A DNA stretch of 61,902 bases, filler included, from Platydemus manokwari (lineage: Eukaryota), in NCBI GenBank assembly GCA_037951405.1. It is 6 parts of 6 records of this genome, joined end to end, with 100 filler letters (N's around TTAATTAATTAA, not from the genome) between each part and the next. Parts side by side here need not be neighbours in the genome. Positions count along the whole stretch, not along the records: positions 51,633 to 61,902 come from JBBMOY011151326.1; 5 more parts are not named here. One strand, written 5' to 3'. The notes beneath the pieces were generated by a model. It made no database searches, was not told the origin of the DNA, and saw only the letters and a list, made by a program, of their open reading frames with translations. A program made the position numbers and the translations under genes. This document shows positions 51,807-61,902 of this stretch, piece by piece. Positions within the stretch are counted from its first letter, which is position 1; every line of letters begins with the position of its first letter.

Positions 51807-52263
51807 ATGTTACTCAGTCACCCGAGGAGTGTTAACCAAAATAGGATGCGGTCTTATTTATAATAACTGTTAAATTCTTTTAAGCGGGAGAGTTGTTGCT
51901 AATCGTAAAGCTGGGACTTTAATTTCAAGAGGAAATAAAGATGAAGACTGGGCGAATGTGCGCATTATTCGATTAGAGCCAATGATGGAAGAATCAATGA
52001 AAACCTTCATTATTCGATTGGCACGAAAAGCACAAAAAGAAGTCAATACTGAATATGAGATGGCACGCTTCATCAAACAAAGTCTAGATCTGAGATGGGG
52101 CGGACTGTGGCAAGTTATTGTCAGTCGATATCCATATGCATGTTACCTTAGCCATGAAATGGCTAGTTTGATTCATTTCTGGCTCATCGATCATAGTTTC
52201 TGTATGTGGAAAACACCGGATCTGGTAGACGATGATATACCAAAGGCATTATTTCTAACATAG
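51807..52263 (+). CDS. Dynein light chain (LC8/DLC-type) domain protein, divergent
   Basis: M.E.MK.FII..A..A....EYEMARFIKQSLDLRWGGLWQVIV...YACYLSHE...IHF.....FCMWKT is the LC8 fold pattern. Frame is open 51885-52263. A probable first exon 51807-51850 joins through a 34-bp GT-AG intron; the start is uncertain. Confidence 0.85.
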
Positions 52264-53838
52264 AAGTAAATACCACCATTGAAATTGAATTGTGGACTTA
52301 ATAATTTCGTATTTCGTGATTTTCATGTTGAGCTTGGAAAGGCTTATTTCTACATTTGTTCATGATTTCTTTATTCTGTATTGTTTGCTTTCATTGATAT
52401 TCTCTTAATTTATTAAAATTTAAAATAATCCGTAATATTTATTTACCAAAATCAGCTTAAACCAATTTTTTTAGAGTTTGGAAAAATTAAATTCTTCCAA
52501 CATTTTATTAGATTGCTGTTCCAAATGCAAACATTTTCAATAATATTTTTCGAAAAGGAACAAAATTTGTGCAGAAAAATTAGTTATAAAAACTTTAAAA
52601 AAACAAGAAAAATAATGAAGAAATATTAATATTTTTATTATATTTATTCTTGTTATTTTCTCAAATTAATGAAAACGTCAGGGGTTATTTGACCATGGGT
52701 CCCAATGATTTTATAATTGTTTTGGTAGCGGTTTAAGCGAATAAATTGGCAGTGATTAAAACAATTATTAAAGCGAAAAATAATTATCGGAAACCAAATT
52801 ATTGAAGTGAAAGTTTAACAGAATCCGAGAACATCGAAGAAAGTTCTGAAATAATTACAGTCCAATATCATCATGAAATTTTAAAATCAATCACAATTCC
52901 AAAAATATCGAATTTAATTTTGTTTAGAATGTGTGATAAAACTCTCAAAAATAAACTCTGGATGATATGTGGAGTATAAAACGAATTAGTCAAAAATGAG
53001 TATCTAAATCATTGGAATAAATTATAAAGGATTACCACACATAGCGCGCTTTCCAGTAATATGCCTTCAGATTATTAATTTCTAATTATTAATTTCATTT
53101 GTGATCACACCGACAACGAGCAATGAACATCGAGATAGGCCAACGAAATGAAGATAGAAGAAAATCTATCAATTGGCTGGTCTTCAAAAGCTCAACATAC
53201 ATGACAAGTCTGTAAAATGAGTTGAAACTTGATGGTAACTGCCAGTGTTTTGTGGTCAGTAGATTTTGTAGGTTAGGGTGCTGTGATTGAACATTTGACT
53301 TCTGGAACTTTTATTCTTCTGATTAGCTTGATTTACGATTTTAAGTGCTGTGCCTTAGAAATATTATTGAATTTGAACTGTTATTTTACCATTATAACTT
53401 TGACCATTTAGCGTTAGTAACTATTAGAACAGATTATTGAGATTTGTATAAAATATCAATATAGAATTAAAGTGTAACTGGTCTTAAATTGTAATTGATT
53501 GTAAACGTGATTGAATGAATTCACTTCAGCATTTCAAATATTGAAAGCTTGTCTCGAGTAGTTTTAGTGCTTAAACAGAATATTTATCTACAATAAATTT
53601 TCGATAATATTTATTCAAATTTTTTAATTTGTTGAGCTTTTATTCCTCTAATTCTAACTGAGTTTCTACTCATAATCAGTTCACACTAGTGTAGAACACA
53701 ATTTCTCTGATTTAATTATTAAAGAAACGATCACAGTAATTTTGAAGAGTGAAAATATAATTTTAGCAATTATTGGTTTTTCCTCTTATATAAATGTTTG
53801 GTGGATTATTAGTTTTGAGTTGGTTGCGCTTTATTAGA

Positions 53839-54575
53839 TGTTACTGTGCTCGTATGATGTCAATCGGACTCCAAACGATTGGTTACGTTCGATTTGAAGT
53901 AGTTAGAATGTAAATAGCAATATAATAATAAATAACAATAACACACTGAAATAAGATATAATTATGAATCAAAATAATACAATGGGGAATGAATACAATT
54001 AGTTAGTATTTATGTTAACAAAGAACTGGCGAAGCGTGGCTTGCCTAACCAGAGGGCAAGATTCACGATACGGATGAACCGTATAATGAATTGAAACCTA
54101 TTAAAAAGATGGGAGCAAAACGAAGGGATATTTAGTTGATACTGAATCTATCGACACGGTATGAAATTTACTCAATGAGTCACTTTATACCTTGCTGCTT
54201 AGTCAGTTGGCTCGTGACGGAGAATCTACGTGCTTGTCTTGTCTCTAACGAAAAGTTTCTCGCTGCTTGTAATTTTCTGTTAGATCTCTGCTTAAAGCTG
54301 ATAAATGTCAGTTAGCTGTTTGTCTAGTAAAATTTTTGGCGAATTGTTCTGTTTCTCCGGCTGCTTTTATACTAATTTTCGTTATATCTGTGCCCAATCA
54401 TAAATTTTCTATTTTTGGAATTCTAAAATCCTATTTTTATTTTCTGATCTATTTTTGGAATTAATAAATTCTATTTATAGGATTTGATTTATTTTTGGAA
54501 TTTTAAATATATGATTATGTTTGTGGGCGTAAACTGTGCTTGTGACTCTTTATGGAATGGATTCGGATCCTAACA
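53839..54575 (-). mobile_element. Probable solo LTR
   Basis: TGTTA...TAACA termini; minus-strand TATAAAAG box (about 54364-54371); U3-like repeats TATTTTTGGAATT (about 54410-54502). The same start TGTTAGGATCC recurs at 48267. No TSD found. Confidence 0.5.
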
Positions 54576-55872
54576 AATTTTACAAATTTATGTAAATATT
54601 AAAACGACCATCGCAGACATATGGAAAAGATTTAAGTAAGAGATATGTGTAAGAACAATTACGAATTTATGTAAAAGCTTTAGATATAAATACAAAGATT
54701 TCAAAACAATGCGCACATAAGAATGATCTATATTTTGTTTATTTATGCCGGTGGTTTATGAAATCCTTTTTATCTAGAATATGGCTTGTATTGATTTTTA
54801 TAATGTAATAACAATATCAATTCTCAGAAGGTGGTGGTAAAGCCAGTTTATTAAAATTATATAAATGAATAACATTTGAAAAATACCCATTGAAAATTTC
54901 CCCTATAATGAATTTATCCATAAAATGATATTTTCAAATAACCTGTTACATATTATCGCGCGATAACATTAATAAATATATTGTCATGTATTGCTGTGCA
55001 CAATAAATAGTGGTAGACTTAAATAATCGTACACAATAAATTTAATCAAATGCATCAAATTTAATTGCAGAGAATTTCTCTCTGCTATAATAAATTTATT
55101 TGCGGATAATTTATTCCAACCAAAATAAAACGATAATCGTAGAGAATTTCTAGAAGTGACTCTTATAAAGCAGCAGTCACGATTATAAATACACAATACA
55201 CATACAAAATCAGAACGCGGTTTAAATAAAGAAGATGCCATACTAACCAATATCGAGATTACGATCCATCAGAAAAATAAAGCATTTGCATTGGGGATCC
55301 AGAATCTGTACATGCCCAGTATACTACTGGAAGATCTAACAGTAAGATACTGAATTTATGAAATCCGATATAAGTATTTACATTGAGCAAGGCTCATTGT
55401 TGAAGAGGTTTAATTCCACTGAGGAGATTACAAACCATCAAACCTTTTCTGGGAATTGAAAGGAATCATCAAACATTCAGTGTACAGAAGTATCGCTAAA
55501 ACAATAATTTTATACCGGGGTTATAATGGTCATTTTTGTGATTTTTTTGTGGCAATGGTAATAAAAGATAAAAGTTTATTCTGCACAAACAAATTGTTTT
55601 ATTATCGTATTCACGACCCTGTCATTGTCATTATCATTGCATTACCTTTTTGATTTTGCTAGTTCGAATAAGTAATCAGTCGGCCAATCAATACATTTTG
55701 CATTATTATAAAAGGAGAAGTTAGGATTTCATTATCAGATTCCAATTGACGGAATTTGTAACAATAAGACGTCATTTTTAATAAAGACATACATTTATTA
55801 CTGGTCATATTATAAACATATATATAAATAAAAATACTAAATAAATGAATAAGAAAGATTGCCAAATTTATA

Positions 55873-56920
55873 TTGGGCTGTTGCATAAGTTCCCGCCGTT
55901 TTTTAAACATTTATTTTCAAAGAAATCAAAGAATGTTAGCATCAGAAATAATGAAACTTCAATCAATTATGTATTCTCCTTCATTGTTCACTTCTTCTTT
56001 CCACCTTTCCGCCAATTTGTTGACTCCATTTCACTAAAAAGCCTAAGGTCGAGTTTTGAAGAAGTTGCTGAGCCAATTATCAAGATGATCTTGATTTTTG
56101 AAGCTAAGACCCCTCATTTCATTTGAAAGGCTGTGGAAGAGATGGTAATCCATCGTAGGAGGTCTAAGGAATAGGGAGAATGTTGAAGGACCTCCCAAAC
56201 GAGCTCTTGGAGTACCATCTTGACAGTTTTGGGGTATGTGGTTGAGTAGTGTCATAAAGGAGGATCACCTAACCTTGTCGATCCTATCTTTTTTGACTCA
56301 ATGCAATTGAGCTTTATAGAGATTCTTCTCTACTGCTATGTTCTTTTCAAGCATTTCCCAGCGGATTATGCCTTCTCAATCCTACCATATGTAAATCACT
56401 GTCTTCATCAGTTTCAGCTCTCTCTTGATCCTGAGCGTAGGCTTCTCTCCAGGACTTACCCACTCTTTCATTTGTTTTATATTCACATAGACACCATTTC
56501 TCATATCCAGTGACGATTTTGTACAAGAAACGCTGCTTGTGGCCATGGGTTCCTTGGTGTCAAGCGAAAATTTGAGCAGCAATAGAAAGCCACCTATTCT
56601 GATTTTTAGTTAGGGACTTAAACTTCAAGTTTTTGAGTGAATCCCATTGACTTAAGGTGGCCTGAAAATGTCGTAAAATCACATTTCACCTTTTCTCCCA
56701 ATTATCTGCGAGTTGGTCCTCGTTCATCTCCATTGGTCTTCCGGAAGGAGGAGCGTCGTTGAGGACGAAATCATCGTGTTTGAACTTGGCAAATCAATCT
56801 CGAGCAGTTCTCTCAGCTATAGCGTTTTCTCCATACAAGGCAGAAATATCTCTGATATCTTGATTCGATTTTTGACCTCGATTAAAGGCGAAAAGATGTC
56901 AAAATGCAATTTTTTGTAGA
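55873..56920 (-). mobile_element. Decayed mariner transposon (3' TIR and transposase remnant)
   Basis: TA followed by TTGGGCTGTTGCATAAGTTCCCGCCG. Minus strand: FAFNRGQK...YGENAIAERTARD*FAKFK..DF.LND.P.SGRP (HTH), EWVSPGE, DYHLFHSLSN and C-terminal KLAERWKE.VNNEGEYI. Contains stops and frameshifts. Confidence 0.92.
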
Positions 56921-57659
56921 CTGTTGATTATTGTCAGCCTCAATGAGTTTTAATATACAAACCAAATTCATATTTTTATTATTATTGATTATATAAAATT
57001 AATAAAAATAGATATTATCATCACTCATACACCATATTTTAGATATTCACATACTAAAATATTCACACGCTAAACATAAAATTCAAGACATGCATTTATT
57101 ATTAATATATACACATGATTGATTGATCATGATGGCCAGTTATAGTTTGACACACAAAGAGTGGTGCCCATACATCAACAGATACAGTTATCATTGTTTT
57201 TGGTTGTGGTAGATATTTGTATGACATTATAAACAACTCAACAGCATGGGTTCTATTATGATCAAATCGATAAAGATTAATAATTAGCAAAATATCACAC
57301 TATTATTTAAAAATTTATTTTTATCAACCACAAATTATTACACGCAGATTAGCTCACACTAAAATTTTTCTAAACTATAAATCCTAAAATTCTGTCGACT
57401 GATTTTACAAATAGAACGAAAAGGTCTGATCCTTTTGAAATAACTTTTATCGATTATTGATTTTTATTAATAATTCTTTATAATCGATTATTCTTTGGAG
57501 AGGGTTTATCTCGGCCACTTTATTCTTCCATGCGCCATATGAGTTAATAGTGATGGGAATCTTGTGTTATAAGATTTATTAAAATACAAATTTGGTTTAT
57601 TTTTCTAAGATTGATTTTGATCTACTTGGGTCTAGAAGCTTTTGATTCATGATCTCATC

Positions 57660-58500
57660 GGCTCAGTAAAGGCAAGGCCTATTACAATGTTGCTTTTTTC
57701 TTTCACTCATTTCGGCTCTCTTGTGGTTGGAACAGTTTGAATGTTTTATAGATTTGATGAAATCTATCAGAATACCAGTCGACTGGAAATGCCAGATTTT
57801 CGCTGAGTGTTCAATGTTTCCTATTGCGCATTCTTTGACCAGGTTTCGGATTTTCGTCTTAGGCACTCTAATTTTTACTAAAATTGCTTCATTTGAGGCC
57901 GGAACTATACCAAGAGAGCCTATAATGGAGGTTAAAAGCTCAATATTGAAGTCTGGTTTCAGTTTGGCTAGCTAGTTTCTAAAATCGGTATAGTGAGTTA
58001 TATTATTTTTGTCAGATTAATCGAAGTTTTCAACGTATCAATTGTACATTTCATGTCTACAAAAAAATCTTTTTCTTCTCATCTTTGGTTATCATCAAAT
58101 CTATACGTTCTTTGCTATTTGGTAACAAGAAAAACATTTGGTTTACCACTACAATAATGTCCTTTGAACGGAGACACTCAACACTTTGCTTAGAGATGCA
58201 TCATAACGATCAGTCTGTAATTTTTTTTGAGGTTGCAACATTGTAGAGCACGTGACATCGTTTCTTTAAAATTGCGGAAACGTCTGCATTTTCGACTTTC
58301 TTCATTTGTGTTCCACAACGATGCATTAATAGATAGTGTATTCGTTCTAGCTCGGTGAATAAATTTAAATGCAAAAGATTTCAGGTCACTACGAAAAATC
58401 ATCTTATTAATAACTGGAGACAGTCTAATTGTATCTACAACAAAGTTACTGCGTTTACTATCAAGCCATCTTGACGAGTAAGATTCCTGAATTAATTAAC
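57660..58500 (-). mobile_element. Second decayed RLE-type non-LTR retrotransposon 3' region
   Basis: FKFIHRARTNTL...CRRF...ETMSRALQCC (eroded CCHC), KERIDLMI....FFVDMKC (eroded PD..D), IIGSLG, then PKTKIRNLVKECAIGNIEHSAKIWHF. Confidence 0.82.
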
Positions 58501-58745
58501 GATCAATATATCGTCACCAAACCTCTTTTAAATTACATCAGTACTTGCCTTATTTATTAAATAATAATATTTACAGACATGGATTCTAACTGACTATCCA
58601 TATTGGATCTTTTTCCACCTTGTCATTTGGAGTGCATTTAGCAGATCGTTTCGTGGATAAAATTATCCCTGAACGCTCGAGTAAAAAGCAAATAAGAATA
58701 TATTAAAAAATAGCAAAAATATTAAACATTGTCTGTGCAAAGAAT

Positions 58746-59246
58746 TTATCACGGTAATCCCTTGATAACTAAAAAACAAAAACCCTTCCATCAGTCAACC
58801 GGTTCATTGATATTCGATAAAAGATGCCTAATTGGTTCCCAAGTAGAATTACTATAAACATTATTCAATAGAACTGGATTTTCTGGATCTTTATCAGGTC
58901 CAGGAAAGCTCGATGGGGTTGTACTTAAGCCAGTTAGTTTACTGGTTCTCAATATTAACGGGAGAAGCTGAACTATCTGAACAGATCGCACCAAACCTGT
59001 ATGTGACAGACATATAATGATTCAATAAAGTGGAAATTTGTCCTCACCTGAGAAAAAAATATTCTCCACAATTGGCTTGTTCAAGGACCCAACCTGTCCA
59101 ATAATTTGGAAAATATTAAACATCTTTAGAGCACCGTTGTAAGGATTTTCCTCAGATATTTTTGTACAGACTTCAGCTTTTAGGCGATAATACAATTTTT
59201 GACCTTCTTCGTGATCGACTAGCGTTTGAAGAATTGCTAAATTCAT
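58746..59246 (-). pseudogene. Disrupted ORF of unknown function (two ORF-track fragments in one frame)
   Basis: 59246-59022 and 58994-58791 share a frame and are separated only by TGA plus IIICLSHTG. Contains NSTWEPIRHL. Confidence 0.35.
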
Positions 59247-59476
59247 TTTAGAATAATAAAATATCCTTCTTTGGGAATTTATTGACTATCGATTAAATAA
59301 TTAATTGATTATTTAATACTGCAACATCGAACAGGAATGGATAAAAATAACTTATAAATTAATCATGGTTATAGATTAATGTTTTTATCTTTCCCATATG
59401 ATATGAAATAACATTGATCGTGTGCTATTGATTTAATTGTTCAATTATGTTGAATACCATATTTATTCCGATCGAT

Positions 59477-59581
59477 CAGGGGTGGCCAACCGGTCGATCT
59501 TGAAGCCAATTTTAGTCGATCGCGTGAGATGTTATTCAAATGAAAAGTCGATCTTACGTACACAAAAGTTGGCCACCTCTG
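59477..59581. mobile_element. 105-bp hAT MITE
   Basis: TIRs CAGGGGTGGCCAAC and GTTGGCCACCTCTG; 8-bp TSD CGATCGAT / CGATAGAT (7 of 8); internal GTCGATC repeated three times. Confidence 0.88.
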
Positions 59582-61902
59582 CGATAGATGTTGAGCTTAA
59601 ATGAGAAAACTACATCACGATGTTGTTGCGAAAAAACGTGGTTTACCATATCAAATGACGCTGCGATAATTGTATGTTAATGTTAACGAATAATGAGAAC
59701 CATTCACTGAATTACAATTGTTCCTGGGTCTTGTGGAAAGTAGCACTAGCTACGGGAGATTTATTTACTTAAGTGAGCTAAGAAAAATCCAAAGAGAAAG
59801 ATAAAGATTATCATCATCGAACATATATAGCACATGTCTAGGAAACAAATAAAATTATTAAATGTTAGATTAGACTTTAAAAATAAAATTTAAAATAAAA
59901 AGATGTCAAGGAGAATACTCAACTGGAACTAATAGCTGTAAATAATCTCTAAAACAGTGATATTCAGAATTAATAACTGAAAACACAAACCCTACTTCAA
60001 AAGTGAACTGAAATAACCAGATCCAATAAAACAACAATAAAGCTTAATTAAATAACTAGCCATGGTAACAAAAAATGTCATAAAAATATAAATCTAAAAT
60101 GAAAATAAATATAATAAAATAATAAAATTAGTAAGAAATAAATGTTATTAGATATTTGATATTTTGAAATATTGAAAAATATTAATTGTTTTGAAGAACT
60201 ATCGATTAAGCACATCGTAAAGGTATAGTAGCGCAGAAAAATAATGTTTAAAGACTGGCGAAATTCTGCAAAAAAAAATTTCAACAAAAAATTAAAAAGG
60301 AATCAAATATTGGCTTATTATAAATAAATTTCTTTGCACAGCTACGGAGTTCCACATTGTAGATTACAGTATTTTGGTGAACTGATACGTATACTTAGTA
60401 CATATTAAACATCAATATCCGCATCCATTATTAAAATAATAGTTAGATAGAAGAAGAATATATAATTCTGAATTTGAAACATCGAAAAATTTTAGGTGAA
60501 CAGTTGCATTCTTTATCATTTTCCGTATTTTATTGAAGATATCTCATGTAATCACATAAAAAATCAAAGAAATCGACTATTAAGCTTGAAGATCTGAAAT
60601 ATCTTTGAAAATTGATAAAAGTAAATCATATTTAAACGATAGCTTTCGAGAAAATATAACAAAGGAGTGTCAGAAGAAAACTAAAATTTATTCTAGTACT
60701 TATTTATCCTAGTATTTATTTGATGACTTAAAACTAATCTGGTAATGTATATGTGACGGTGATATTTAGTTTGTTTTAAGAGCTTATCTAGCCTTGAATG
60801 AGGACCAGATAGATGTTGAAACCAGTTGTTAAACCTTTGAAAATTATGTGAGGTATATAAAGAGCTGATATTATATCCCCCAAATAATCAGTCTTCTGTT
60901 AATAGCTTGTGCTTGACTGAAATTGTCTACTAATACAGGATGTGACAAAAAGAACGCATAATCGGAAATTAAAATAAAATGTACATGCCAAACATTAAGT
61001 TTTAATTATGGATACTTCGATAAGAGATCCCATCACCAGAAATATTTTGTGTCACAAAAAAGTTGGAGTAGTATTAACCACTCTCAGTTCAGTAATTCGG
61101 ATCTTAAGATCATTAATCACAGAAGATCGTCACATACTGAGCCAATGTTTTCGAACTTCTTTACGAGTCTTTGAATTATTGATAGTTGAATTGTCTCTTT
61201 ATCTAACTTTTTATTTAATAGCTTTACGGTATTAGTGTAATTTCTGTACTTGTAAAAGTATTTAATACTTTCTTCGGTTGATAGTCTGTTCTCCATTATT
61301 GATGAAATAGAATCAAAACGTTCGCTTTGAATAGACTTTATGCTTAACGCGAGCGATGAATTGATAAAGCAGATTTGAAATTCAAATCAATTATAGACTC
61401 TGAACGATCCTTAAAAGTATGATTGGAGCCACAAAATAATGGGTCAAAGATTTTGCGTTACACTTTTATCACACCCCGTATAAGTTTATATTATAATACA
61501 TTACGAATAAGTAATATATATTGTTTATAAAACGAATGGTTTATATGTGGAGCTAGTGTATATATCAGTAGAATCAGTAAAATATCTCAACTGATGTAGT
61601 CAATATGCTGCAATGAGAGGATTGCATTAAATTATGAGATCATTATTAAGCTCATGATTGAAACAAAATACTAGCAACATTTACAATATGATTGCATGAA
61701 TTGCTATCTTTGACTTTATTTGTGCTATATTTATTATTCAGTTTACTTTATACATTTTATATGGACTTCACTAACACTATTTACACTATTTGTTTTCATT
61801 CGATTCCATGGAGTATAACACTGAATTGTGCCTTTGATTATGAAAGTGGTATAAGTCATATATTTCTTGTTTGGAGATATTAAGGGATTTGCATGTTAAA
61901 GA

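Noticed and set aside
60078-61883. Short hydrophobic ORFs here and similar 60-90-aa ORFs across the window
   Set aside because: F/I/L/Y/K-biased products expected from AT-rich noncoding or decayed TE DNA, with no motifs or splice support.

Overview
Very AT-rich eukaryotic genomic DNA. It is most consistent with a triclad flatworm (planarian-like); this is an inference from composition, 32-60 bp introns, an intronless divergent rhodopsin GPCR and a divergent dynein light chain. The window is not one contiguous locus: five identical 100-bp spacers (44 N + TTAATTAATTAA + 44 N) join six contigs of about 9-11 kb. Host genes: intronless class A GPCR (430-1359), multi-exon CCDC170-like gene (about 23.1-28.7 kb), a terminal endostatin-like (collagen XV/XVIII NC1-type) exon absent from the ORF track (31866-32085), complete 8-exon PPP2R3C (36299-38242), the 5' part of XPC/Rad4 (40008-41828, truncated) and an LC8-type dynein light chain (51807-52263). 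The rest is mostly decayed mobile DNA: mariner copies and ends, two hAT MITEs with TSDs, two RLE-type non-LTR 3' ends, Gypsy remnants, a probable solo LTR and minisatellites. No intact novel system is demonstrable. The best leads are a decayed gag-like ORF with a long Asn-rich pentapeptide repeat abutting a virus-fibre-like motif (43.1-46.5 kb), the endostatin-like exon, and a spliced micro-ORF for an amphipathic cationic peptide (34.1 kb).
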